From: Conidiobolus incongruus B7586
Lineage: Eukaryota
DNA length: 45,062 nt
Assembly (NCBI GenBank): GCA_000697335.1
Contig: JNEM01010040.1
Span: forward strand, 1-45,062
Direction: 5' to 3'
A program made the position numbers and the translations under genes. This document shows positions 26,326-38,060 of the stretch, piece by piece (within the stretch, counting starts at the first letter, position 1; every line of letters starts with the position of its first letter). The notes beneath the pieces were generated by a model. That model saw nothing but the letters and a program-made list of their open reading frames with translations, was not told where the DNA came from and ran no database searches.

Positions 26326-27458
26326 ATGGCTGTTGGAAAGAACAAGTGAGTCAATAATCAAATAAAAATAAACAATAAAAAAATGTTATAAAGACAAAGT
26401 GACTAACATTTGATTTGTAATTTAGGCGTCTTAGTAAGGGTAAAAAGGGATTGAAGAAGAAGGTGTAAGTGACAACCATCTACTTATCTAACATAAAAAG
26501 ATACATATATTATTTCAACACAACCAGCAACTGTCAACGTAAAAGAATATATAAAAAAATAATGATGAAACAAAATCAAATTAAATGTGTACAATAAATC
26601 TATGGAACAATTATTAATCAAAATCATTTAGTGTTGACCCCTTCTCCCGCAAAGAATGGTACGATATTAAAGCCCCCTCTATGTTCCCCGTCCGCAACGT
26701 TGGCAAGACCCTTGTCAACCGCTCTCAAGGAATGAGTATGGCAACATTATAGTTAATTCACCAAATCGAGTTACTAAAATCCAATTTTAGAGAACGCTGT
26801 CGACTATTTGAAGGGTCGTGTCTATGAAGCTTCCTTGGGTGATCTCAACAAGGACGAAGAAAACTCTTTCCGTAAGATCCGTTTGAGATGTGACGAAGTT
26901 GTCGGTCGCAACTGTCTTACCTCCTTCCACGGTATGGACTTCACCACCGATAAGATCAGATCTCTTGTCAAGAAGTGGCACGTATGTTTAATTTCATAAT
27001 TTAGCATTTTTTCTGTATCTAACGATATTATTTTATAGACCCTTATTGACGCTCACATCGACGTCAAGACCACTGACGGTTACTTACTCCGTTTATTCGC
27101 TATTGGTTTCACCAAGCGCAACCCCAACCAAGTCAAGAAGACTACCTATGCTCAACACTCCCAAGTTCGTGCTATCCGCAAGAAGATGTTCGAAATCATC
27201 ACTGAAGAAGCTACCACTGTTGAACTTAAGGAGTTAGTTAACAAGCTTGTCTTAGAAGTCATTGGTCGCAAGATTGAAACTGCCACCAAGAACATCTACC
27301 CCCTCCAAAACGTCTACATCCGCAAGGTTAAGATCATCAAGTCTCCCAAACTTGACTACCAAAAGCTTATGGAACTCCACGGTGGTGCTGCTGATGAACT
27401 CGGTTCCAAGATCGACCGCTCCGGTTTCAAGGAACCCAAGATCCAAGACTCCGTCTAA
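26326..27458 (+). CDS. RPS1: 40S ribosomal protein eS1 (S1/S3a), 5 exons, 257 aa
   Basis: Exons 26326-26345, 26426-26464, 26632-26735, 26791-26981, 27039-27458. Sequence [35 protein letters not shown]...[13 protein letters not shown]...[13 protein letters not shown], with strong C/T-ending codon bias. Confidence 0.98.
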
Positions 27459-28559
27459 GTAATCCGTATTGTTCCTCTCCAATAAACCCTTACATAAAAT
27501 ATTTTGGCTGTATTCACCAGGCTCTCACCTACATCATCATGCATGCTATCTCGCTCACAATGGAATCAATCAAGTTTGTATTATTTAATAATATATAGAT
27601 ATTTAGGTAAAATTTTAAATTCGATATGATTTTCATTTTGTTTATAGTCAGTCCGAATATTTGAATAAATACTCTTTTAGGGTGTAATTTGGATATTCAA
27701 TACAATATTGTAGTATTCATCATACATACTTTGCGGAAGGTGATTATCATCTTAAATTTTATTATATTCACTCAACTACTTTATTTCACCAAATCCATAA
27801 TCATTTCTTTTTTTAGTTTATTTCAATCTTTTCAATTTCTTTATAATTTAAGACTTTGATTTTCTGGTTAATGATTCGTTATAGTTTGTTCAAATTTCAA
27901 ATTTATTAATTTTTTAGTATTCCACAGTACTAGATATTAAATTGATTTTCTAAATCATGCTTTATTTTTATATTCACTAAGGTATTTTAGATCACCAATT
28001 TATTTATTAATCTGATGGATTAATCTAATAATTCAATTGTTAATAATTATTTTTTATTATAATTATTGAATTTTATTTTGATAATAATTTTAATATATAA
28101 ACTAAAATTATAAATTTTTTTATTTTTTCAATTTTTAAAAAATATAACATTAAATATTTTTAGATTATTATATTTTTTATACAATGACCACTATGTAATT
28201 TTATGAATTTATAATCAATAAAATATTATGCCAAATATATAATATTATTTTAAATTTGAAAAAATGAGAAATCTTTTAATTTCTGATTTTTCAAATAAGA
28301 AAATATATAGTTTTAAATTATATATATATTAACTTTTTAAAATTTATTGTTTAATTTAATTATGCTTAAATTAAATAATAATCATTAAAAATCTTTTATT
28401 TTAGTATAAGTAAAACTTAACTATAAACCCTTTATAATTATTTAAAATTTATAATTAGCTTTTGACAATAAAATATTATTTAAATTATTATAATTAATAT
28501 ATTTTAAATCCCTTTATATAACCTTATATTAAATTATTAGATTAAGTTAAATTAATCTT

Positions 28560-29070
28560 TTTTATAAATTCTTTTAAATAAATTATAATAATATATGCTA
28601 CTTTTTTAGTTTTTAAAAGAAAATTAATTATTAATTAATTTTTTATTGTTTTTTAAATAAAATTATTTATAATTATTATTTTTAAAATAATTTAAAACTT
28701 ATTATATATAATAATTATAAAATACATCAAGTTAAAATTATAGAAATATTTTTAATTAAAAATAATTAAAATAAATTACTATATCTAATATATTCTTTTT
28801 ATTATAATTTATATAATTATAATTGGTTTAAGTAATTAAAAAACTAGCTTATAAGAAAAAAATTTCTACAAGGAAATTTAATTGGTAAAACATAAAATTT
28901 TAGTCTTTAATAAAAAATATATTTTTTAGGTATTAAAAGTTTGTTAAAAGTGTAGCAAAAAGTTATTAATAATAAAAGAGAGTATTAATTTTATATTATA
29001 TATTATATATTAAAATGCCTATTTTTTCAATCACAAAAAATTCCTATTATTTTAATTACAGAGTAATATA
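28560..29070 (+). repeat. Copy 2 of the AT-rich dispersed repeat
   Basis: Colinear with 1-440 and with the reverse complement of 44553-45062. For example 'gagtattaattttatattatatatt...ttttttcaatcacaaaaaattcctattattttaattacagagtaatat' versus '...ttttttcaattgcaaaaatttccattatttgaattataaagtaatat'. Confidence 0.7.
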
Positions 29071-29177
29071 TTTATAATAGATATAAAGTTTACTACAGAG
29101 TCATTGTTGAAGTCTAATTCCAATAACTTAACGAAGATTAGATTAAATTTAAAATTAATTGATTGGATTTATTCATT

Positions 29178-32100
29178 TCAATAATACTCTTTAATACTTT
29201 TAATAACGCTTTCTCTCTTTTCCGAATGACTAAATAGAGCTCGAATTAAATCCTCCATTTCATCATATCTGAACTCTTCCCAAAGCTCGTCATCACTAAA
29301 TAAATAAAATATTTGATCTAAATTACAGTCCATTATCTTGATTAGAGCGTTAAACCGTTTAAAGTTGGTTAAATACTATAAACAATGTAAATGAGTATTA
29401 AATATTCAACAATATATAGCTATAAGTTTACCAAATTAATCACAGATTTGTTAAAAATACTCTCAACTAATTGAATAATAGGATCACAACATTTTTTGAT
29501 AATTAAAGATTCGTCAGCCGAGATATCTGTAAGGTTTAAAATTCCTTGATCAATTTGATCAATTATAAAATGAAGTAACCACCCCATCAATCCGTAGAAG
29601 ATAGTATTGGGTAATATTTCCTAAAATATGATATTAATTAAAAATATGGAATATTAAAAGCAATAATTAATACCTTGAAGTAATTTTTTAAAGGTGAAAT
29701 TAATTCGATAACTTCGGTTAAACTGGATCGAACTCGATTTGCTTTTTTGTGGTATTCTAAATTATCCCAACTGCCAATATCTTGTAATGATCTACTAACT
29801 TGTTCTTTGATGCGTTCCTAAATCCAAGATCAATTATACAAATAAGAATAATTGAGTTAAATTAATTACAAAGTAATCCGAAACTCCCTGTTTTGCTAAA
29901 ACCCATAGTAAATTACACAAGTTATCCAGTTCGTATTTGGAATCCTTGAACCATTGTAAATTGCTGCAATCGAGATCCAATTGGTAGGGAAGCGTGCACA
30001 ATTGATGGGCTAGATAACTACTTTCATTATGGAGCAGTGCTAGGAATTTCTCGGGTTCGTCTTGGTTCATGGCCACTCGGACTGGTGCTAATGAGATGTA
30101 GAGTTGAATTATGTCGATTACAATGCTTATGAGACCTTTTTTACTAGAATGAAATTAAGTGAATATACAAAATATTAGCATTGGAAAATATAATACCAGC
30201 TATCGGGAGCTTGATAAGTTTCAAGGATTAATTGCTTAATAATTTCTAACAATGTTACACCAGTATTGGGGACGAGACATACGGGAAAGCTGGGGAAGCT
30301 CTTAACTTGAATTTCGTTCAATAGTTCATCTAAGCTAGGGTGCTGAAAGCGCAACAATTTGACATGATCGTCCACGTGCTTTAAAAAGTTGGTGCTTTCG
30401 AAAGTGGTTTCAGCTAATTTTTTTAAAATTAGTATATAGTGAATAAAAATTAAAAATAGTTATACCATCCAAATCGGGTTCATAGACTTGAGTAGTGTCA
30501 AGATCGCTATACATCAGTAACTGTCGTACCATATGGAGAGACTCATCTAATTTGTTTTCTGTGAATAGTGAGTTGGGAGGATCCAATTTAGCTATCAAAA
30601 CGGTATCTTCAGATGTGATATAATCTAAATAATGTGATTAACATAAATAAAATTCAATATGTATTACGTTGTTGATACTTGAATCAATCAGCTGATTTTC
30701 AAAATCACGAATAGCATTCTCCAATTCCTTCATCTGGTCCAATTGATGGATAGATTTGGGTACATTTTTATAGATTAATTTGTTCAAAATTACTGGGACT
30801 AAATTATCATGATAAGCTTCCGTAAACCATGAAGTTAACTGTAAAGGGCTCGGGATTAAATACGATGCTACTGCATTAATCAATTCATTAAATTCGGTTA
30901 ATTTTTCTAAATTTATAATTATATCAGAAGTATTGTTAGTGAATCATTGATTCAAAATACCTTTAACAGATAAATTAGTGACTTCTTTAGGAGAGATTGT
31001 CAATTTGATAACATTCTTATCATTGGTATCAGTTTTAGTTAAGTGATGATAGGAAGGATGACTTAGGAATGGAATAAACCAAAAATTTAAAATAAAGGAA
31101 TGAAGTGAAGATAAAATCAAGTGTAAAGAACCCAAAGAATCGATTAATTTAATTAATTCGTGACTTTCTGACAAAATAAATATATTTCCAATATTAGTTT
31201 CAATGAATAAAAATATATAATGAATTACCTTGAATATTTTTAATTGATATTTGAGCTAAATTAGAATCGTTCAATTGATCTTTAGACTTTAATTCAACTA
31301 AATCGAAGTATTTTTTGACAAGTTGATTAACTAATTCTTCTCTAGTAGATTTTTCCCAATTTTCAATTAATTGGATAATTTGGTAGGATCTTTGATTTTC
31401 ATTGAGGTTATCCAAATCCAAAATCTAATTATTACAGATGTTATGTTAAAAATTTATCAGGTAAATAATCAATGAGGCAATATTTACAAGTTGATTTAAA
31501 GCTTTAGCACTTTCTTCCAATCGATTGTCCTTAACCATTTTATCAATATTTAATTTATATTGAAGTATAGGTTTAATCGCATTGAGTTCCTTTATCAAAT
31601 AAGTTCTATTCTGAATACTTTGATTCAATTTAGTTAAATTACAATGAGTTGTCTCATATTTGGCAATTAAACCATCCTAAAATCCATATATATTAATATT
31701 AAATCAATATTATTAAATTTTGATTAAAATTTACCTCAGGATTATTAATTAGTTTTTCATTATTTTTCAATTTCTCTAAAGTTTCATGATATTTGGATTG
31801 AATCGATTGTAATTCTTTATCGAAATTCTCAAATTCGTTATTGTGTACTTGATTTTCATTTAGGATTTCTAATAAAGGTTTCTAAAAAATTAATTGACTT
31901 ATCATATTATTTAATGGTATATGTTGGTTACTTGGAAATTATTCATTTTAACTTGTCTAATTTCTTTTAACCAGCTATCCTTAATAGAATTAAAATTAAT
32001 TTGATTTAAATCGAGAGTTGGAAGGGCCTCATCTTCTTCCAGTTCGGATTGGTTTAAATCTCTATTTTCAATTTCTAAACTTTTTATGTTTGTTACATCT

Positions 32101-32240
32101 GTCTAAACAAAATATTAATTTCAATATTCATAAACATAATATCAATTAAGTGTTACTGTAATCAAAGTACTATTTAAATCATTTATTTTATTTAATAAAA
32201 ATTCAATCGTGGGGCCTTTAGAATTTGAATTAGTTGCCAT
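29178..32240 (-). CDS. ZW10: ZW10/Dsl1 family tethering/kinetochore protein, 13 exons
   Basis: 12 GT-AG introns give one frame from ATG 32240 to TGA 29180-29178. ZW10-like motifs: FPVCLV, ALLHNESSYLAHQL, ILNLTDISADES, IMDCNLDQI, EEFRYDEMEDLIRALFSHSEKR. Confidence 0.88.
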
Positions 32241-32450
32241 TATTATTTATAAAATTCCTTATTTAATAATTCAACAATTTAATTTATTGGTGGTGACAAG
32301 TTAATTTTAAGATATAAATTAATTAATTCTTTTAAATTATTTATGGGAATTCTTTGTATAAATTATGTAAAAATCATCAGTGTAATAATTCTATTGTATT
32401 TTAATTTTTTCTTTTACCTATGTATAAAACTATTATTTAAATTTTAGAAT

Positions 32451-32812
32451 ATGGAATTAACACAGTTATTAATAAAAGACACTAAAATCAAGTTACAAAA
32501 CTCTAAAAATTATGAAAAATATCTGGAGGATACATTGTTAGCATTCACAAACAAAGTTGTCAAAGAAGCCAATAAAGAAAATATTCAAAGTTTAAAAGAG
32601 TATTTAGTAAATAAAGTAATAGATACTAATATTATTATTTTATATTTTTATTAACATTTGTGTTGATATAGAAAAGCGAATTGGTAGAACCCGAAATATC
32701 CATATTACGAAGTGATTTAATTTCTGAAAATTTCAATTTAAACTATGCTCAGCGTTATTTGTCGACAGATAGAACCAACGAGTTTGATTATTTGTATCAG
32801 CATAGAGATTGA
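32451..32812 (+). CDS. Small hypothetical protein, 2 exons, 101 aa
   Basis: Exons 32451-32615 and 32672-32812 joined by a 56-nt GTAAT...ATAG intron keep the frame open to TGA, followed by AATAAA. No family recognised. Confidence 0.6.
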
Positions 32813-33046
32813 TGATTTTTAATAAATTTAGAATAAAAGTTAATAAGATTTTGTGATATGCAAAATTTTAAAAAAATAGAGATAGTATAGTTTTTGTTTT
32901 GAAAAATGATATTATATTAGATATTTGTATCTTGTTATTAAATTTGATCACTAAATATTTTGTTGAAAAATATTAATTTTATAATTCACAATTTTAGTTA
33001 TATATTATTTTTATTAACAATTATATTCCCTTCAAAAAAAAGTAAA

Positions 33047-33796
33047 TTATTCTTTATCAACAGATGACGACGACGATGAAGATTGGACAAAAAGTCCCAA
33101 CTCTGGATAAAATTTATGATAACTAAAATACCAAAACAGACTACCAAAAAAGACACCAGTAATTTTTTCTAAGAATGTGTGAAAGTACACTGAGGTAGTT
33201 ACTAACATAAAGAAATTCATACCCAATACAAATCGAAGGAATAGAACACTGGGTTGATAGCCCTTACGTAAAATGTCGGAATGGAACTCTTCCCAAATGA
33301 ATAATGAACTGTGGATAAGAAGGAGACAGTGACCACTGATTAAATGTCCCAAAGCTTTTTGGCCTGCGTCTAACTGGCATAGAGCGGTGGGGCCTGGTAT
33401 ACAGGGAGCTCCAGTAGCCAACAGAACGTGCTGTCTAAAATTATAAGAACCAAATACTGCTTGCGTCAGTACGAACCAGTAGACAGTAGCTAAGCCGTAA
33501 CGAGTCAAATTATTTTGGATTTGTCTAGGTTTGGAAACAACTAAATGAAAAAAGTAGGCGATTGTCGTCCATAACCAAGCTCTCTTAGCGAAGATTAAAT
33601 TGAAGAGGTTTTTACTGTTGCCAAAGTAACTCGGGTGGGGAGTTCCTAAGATCATCGCTAGAAATGATATGATGAGAGGGAAAAATATATATCCTGCAAT
33701 CAAGAATATGGGATTGGGAGAAGCACTAGTCACTTGAATACTTCTGTCCTTCGTTTCTGTATTAGTTATTTCGTTTTGATTTTTTGTTTCTTCCAT
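33047..33796 (-). CDS. SCS3: FIT family ER acyl-CoA diphosphatase (Scs3/Yft2/FITM2), 249 aa
   Basis: Several hydrophobic helices plus family motifs SYFGNSKNLFNLIFAKRAWLWT, ISGHCLLL and TSVYFHTFLEKITG. The SCS3 versus YFT2 assignment is not resolvable by eye. Confidence 0.9.
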   Translation of the reverse strand: MEETKNQNEITNTETKDRSIQVTSASPNPIFLIAGYIFFPLIISFLAMILGTPHPSYFGNSKNLFNLIFAKRAWLWTTIAYFFHLVVSKPRQIQNNLTRYGLATVYWFVLTQAVFGSYNFRQHVLLATGAPCIPGPTALCQLDAGQKALGHLISGHCLLLIHSSLFIWEEFHSDILRKGYQPSVLFLRFVLGMNFFMLVTTSVYFHTFLEKITGVFFGSLFWYFSYHKFYPELGLFVQSSSSSSSVDKE

Positions 33797-34698
33797 ATTA
33801 TATTTTTATTTTTTTGTTATTAATATTAGAATAATAAAGAGAGTTTTATAACAAATAATAATATTTAATTCACTTAAATATTCGCATCAAAATTAAATGG
33901 AATGGAATAAAATGATTGGTTTTGAAATTTTTTGACTTGATTTTTGTGAGAGAAAATTGGAGATTTAGTGATGTCAAAATGATCTCATTTTATTTAATTA
34001 TTTAAAGTTAAAATGTTAATTTCAATAACATTAAATATTTTGCATGAATTTTTGGTGTTAGTCTAAATAAAAATGCGCAATTTTTGTCACATTAACTTGT
34101 AATTTGGAGAAATATCTGGAAGGCACATGCCAAATCATGTTATTTAGGTTTTGAAATTTTTACAATGAATATTAAATTTCAGTAAATCATACGAAAATTG
34201 ATGTTATATTATTATAAAAACTACAAACTGATTCAATTAATATAATCAACATTTAGTATAATTTGTAGGTTTCTAAATCTTTTATTCTCGGATCTACTTG
34301 ATATCCTTGAATTATAATTGATCAAATATTAATCTTTCATTAACTTATATAATTAACTGGAATTATTATCAAATTCAAAATACAGATTTTCAAGTCCCAA
34401 ATAATGATAATCTAATATATATGATAAAATAAAATTATGATTAAATATTAATATATATAAAAATGAGTATACTTAATGTTAGAGTTTAAAATTACTTGAC
34501 AAACTTATTAAATTATATTTTGAAAAATATGATTAATCGGAATTTACAAAAGAAATTGGTGGAGAAAAAAGGTAAAAATTAATGTATGTTATTTGGAATA
34601 ATAGATATATATATATATATGAATTGATATAAAAGGTTATTTTGTTAAATATCCACAAGATTTCAAATTATTGAAAAAATTAAATAGTTGAGAATTAT

Positions 34699-34781
34699 GG
34701 CAATGTGGCCGAGTTGGTCTAAGGCGCCGCACTCAAGTTGCGGTCTCGTAAGAGGCATGAGTTCGAATCTCATCGTTGTCA
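34699..34781 (+). tRNA. tRNA-Leu(CAA), intronless, long variable arm
   Basis: Acceptor GGCAATG/CGTTGTC+A, D region TGGCCGAGTTGGTCTAAGGC, anticodon arm CCGCA-CTCAAGT-TGCGG, variable arm TCTCGTAAGAGG, T arm ATGAG-TTCGAAT-CTCAT. Confidence 0.96.
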
Positions 34782-35001
34782 AAATTCATTTCAAAAGATA
34801 TTTTATTTTTACAATTTTTTTCGTCTTATACCTTTTACTATTTTATTTTTGTTTACATTTACACATCTTCATTGGGTTGATATTCAAATTTAACTTTTGT
34901 CTACGTCACCCATAAATTTCAATTCATATAAATTTAATATTAAAATTCCAACTAAAAGCAATAATGTAATCACTCAAAATATCAGTTTTAAAAGAATAAT
35001 T

Positions 35002-36221
35002 ATGAATAAATTAAAATATTTAATAATAACAGATATTCATTTTAATTTAAATTATTTAAATTTAGTTAAAAATAAAAAAATTAAAGAGTAATTCAAGATA
35101 ATCCCTTTTTTATTTTTATTAATAATTATTTTAGAATTGACGGTATTTTAATTCTCGGTGACTTAGTAAATGCCAATCATGAAGAACCCAAGTCCGACAG
35201 TATTCAAGATGACAAAGAATTTCAACAAATCTTAAACTTAGCCAAAGAAATTCATCCTAATGTATTTTTCATTCCTGGTAATTTTCAATTAATAAGAATA
35301 TCCTTCAGTTACCAATTTTATATTAGGGAATCACGACCCTGAAAAATATTTTCAAGAAGATAATAATAGCGAAGAATATCCTATTAATTTACATAATAAG
35401 ATTTATCGATTGAGTATTATATATATCAAATATTTATATCATTTAATAATTAATTTCATTTTATTATAGAGGAAAATTTGATTCTAGTAGGATTGGGAGG
35501 TAGTGTGAATTCCTACCTAAAAAATTTTGGAGATCAATTGGTTTGGAAAGGTAATAGATTAATTATTATAACATTCTTATATTTATTAATAATATAATTA
35601 GGTTATCCTTATGGAACTGAGGAGGAATTTGATAAAGATTTGAAATGTTTATTGAGTCCAATTTTAAACAATAATAGCAATGAGGATGGTAGTGAGCATT
35701 CTATTAAAAAAGGAGATTCAATTTTGTTGCTAACACATACTGGGCCAAGTGACATAGGTAATAATAAATTAATTTTAACATAATAAAATATTATTAAATT
35801 ATTATAATGATTAGATACAACTCAAATCAACAACTATCCCTCCAACTCTCACAAAACACAAATAGCTAGTGGTAGTTCAGCACTTTATAACCTGTTGCAA
35901 AGCGATCCAATTCAAAGTATCTCATTCCCATCTAATCCTCTAAGACCCAATAAGAAATATCCCCAACTGAGTATTAATCCTGATAAGATTGACTACCATT
36001 TAATAGCGAATTTACATGGTCATTCTCACGCGAGTTGGGGTCTCGTTGGCCAATTGGGAGGACATTTGTCAATCATCAATCCAGGATCTTTACAGGACGG
36101 TAGGTTTGCAATGATTGAGTTAACGGAATTAAATCCAATCCCCAATCAACTGAATGATCATCCCAAGCTAATGAATAGGATTTGGACCATTACTTCAACT
36201 CAGTTTTTTACTATATGGTAA
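35002..36221 (+). CDS. Calcineurin-like metallophosphoesterase, Icc-related, 6 exons
   Basis: Five short GT-AG introns give one frame. All five metal motifs are present: ITDIH, LGDL, IPGNHD, LLTHTGP, NLHGHSH. C-terminal IINPGSLQDGRFA. Confidence 0.9.
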
Positions 36222-36369
36222 CTTAAGATATACGTTATATATGTGTTTTATTGTTCTGAAAAGATATAAAATTTATTAATAAAAATCCTTTGGTTTCTAT
36301 AGTATTACGTTTTACAACACTCAAAAAATTATCCTAAACAATTTAAGTTTATTGTTATTAATAAATAAT

Positions 36370-36774
36370 TTAATATATCTTAAGAGAGTCTAACAAATAT
36401 TCTCAACAATTTAGTTTTTTAGACTTTTCAGTGCTATCTAATATCCAGTCGGGTTTAACAATTAGAAGTTAATTTTGAATTTTAAATTGTTTTAATAGCT
36501 CTTGTCCTTTAGAATGACTCAGTTCGGTTCAGATGATATGAGTTACTTTGGGTTTGGTCAAACTGTATCTAACCAAATAAAGAGTTTATAGTTGTTGATA
36601 ATTGTATATCTGACTTCGTCTCCGTGAATATTAATTAATCCTTTTAATTCTAAATCGGTAATTTTGTCGGAGGTATAATCTAAATAATATGAATTGAAAT
36701 AATATGGTTATAATGCATGTTATTTAAATATTACCAGTAACATAAACTGATACCCCTTTAAAAACTTCACTCTC
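36370..36774 (-). pseudogene. REV1-type BRCT-domain pseudogene with retained introns
   Basis: Exons 36774-36735, 36679-36610, 36568-36370 give ESEVFKGVSVYVTDYTSDKITDLELKGLINIHGDEVRYSLTKPKVTHII*TELSHSKGQELLKQFKIQN*LLIVKPDWILDSTEKSKKLNC*EYLL. Three internal stops; the donor at 36609 reads AT instead of GT. Confidence 0.85.
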
Positions 36775-36799
36775 CTAAATAATTGATAAATATACGAGA

Positions 36800-36802
<3 letters not shown>

Positions 36803-36838
<36 letters not shown>
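36803..36838. repeat. (AT)18 microsatellite inside an apparent intron of the BRCT pseudogene
   Basis: Pure AT run between the minus-strand donor at 36888 and acceptor at 36775. Confidence 0.9.
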
Positions 36839-36844
<6 letters not shown>

Positions 36845-37258
36845 GTATATATTAGATTCTTTGTAGGGTTTTTGCATTTGTAATTTACTTTATCTTCTAA
36901 CTCAATATTCTAAACTCAATTTCATGCTAATATCCACCTGATGACTATTTATCACATTTTGATATTTAATAAAGAGCAGGTTTCCTGATTAGAATAAATT
37001 ATGTGTTTTAATTTTTTTTAAAAATTTAATGTGATAGTTTATAATGTTTCTTGAGTAAGATATATTTACTATTATTTATTGAATATATGAAAATTTTAAA
37101 GTAATTTGTAATAGGGTTACTTATTTAAAATGATAATTTGATTTGATATCTGATTACTGATTTTGAATAATATATTAAACTTGATTACTCTTTTCAATTA
37201 TTTTCATCTCATAATAAAATTCTTTAATTATTTGAAAAATTTTCAATTAACTCAAATA

Positions 37259-37808
37259 TGTCACGGTTATTAGCTCCTTGAGTGTCATCAAGGATACTGA
37301 CATAGCCATTGTGTAAGCCAGATTGTGAAGCATTGTGCCTACAAACTGAGGTAGACTGCCAATGATCAGTTCCCTGGCTATCCGACCATGATTACTGTTG
37401 AATGGGGCATTAAAGAGGGCGACTAAATCAGCAGTAGTAGTGGCAGTGTGAGGATTTGACATACTAAGAAGGCAAAATCACAGAATATCAATAGGAATGG
37501 ATGCAGACGGATAATAGAATATGTCTCAAGTGAAGCTATAGGTGGCCCCTTGAGCATGTTTGAGAGCAGGTTTTTTAGTAGGAAAATAAGGTTTATTTGT
37601 AGAATAGAAAGTACTCCTTTTGGACTGAGTGGAAAGTGTTGGCATAAATAGGCTATCACGGATGAATAGTGTGGTCATGTAGAAATTTTGTGATATCAAG
37701 GGTTTAGAGCCTTATTCACAACTGGTTGAGATTATTTATATGGCTTAATTGGGATGATCGGTGATTTGGTAGTGATATTGAGTGAGAAAAGGTATTCATT
37801 AGATAACA
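37259..37808. mobile_element. Solo-LTR-like element (~550 bp), possibly Ty3/gypsy type
   Basis: Block clearly richer in GC than its flanks, bounded by TGTCACGG...GATAACA (imperfect TG...CA inverted termini). TATAAATA on the minus strand near 37740. No recognisable protein. No clean target-site duplication. Confidence 0.55.
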
Positions 37809-37826
37809 CGTGTCAAAAATAACTAG

Positions 37827-37910
37827 CCGACTATAGCTCAGTTGGTAGAGCGGGAGACTGTAGTTAAAGCTGTAATCTCTAGGTCACTGGTTCAATTCCG
37901 GTTGGTCGGA
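37827..37910 (+). tRNA. tRNA-Tyr(GTA) with an 11-nt intron (37864-37874)
   Basis: Acceptor CCGACTA/TGGTCGG+A, D arm GCTC-AGTTGGTA-GAGC, anticodon arm GGAGA-CTGTAG[intron]A-TCTCT, T arm ACTGG-TTCAATT-CCGGT. Intron at the canonical 37/38 position. Confidence 0.96.
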
Positions 37911-38060
37911 TCATATTATTTATAATTTCTTTTTGTATTTATTATTTTAAATTCACTTATTTAATTAAATGAATTATCTAAATTTACATAATCAAGAATA
38001 AAAACTATTAATATATTACGTTTTAATAATTTTATTTTTATTTTAAGATCAGAAAGATGT

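Noticed and set aside
26465..26631. Intronic C/D snoRNA in the long RPS1 intron 2
   Set aside because: ATGATGA occurs at 26562, but no CTGA D box follows within the intron.
34688..34915. 75-aa ORF in the track
   Set aside because: It runs through the tRNA-Leu gene and its T-rich trailer, so it is spurious.
36529..36531. Selenocysteine at the TGA in the BRCT frame (VTHII*TEL)
   Set aside because: The same frame also has a TAA, another TGA and a broken splice donor, and I see no SECIS. Pseudogenisation explains all of these.
37247..37659. Two minus-strand ORFs of 71 and 78 aa
   Set aside because: They lie in the LTR-like block with no gag/pol or other motif, and are expected by chance at higher GC.
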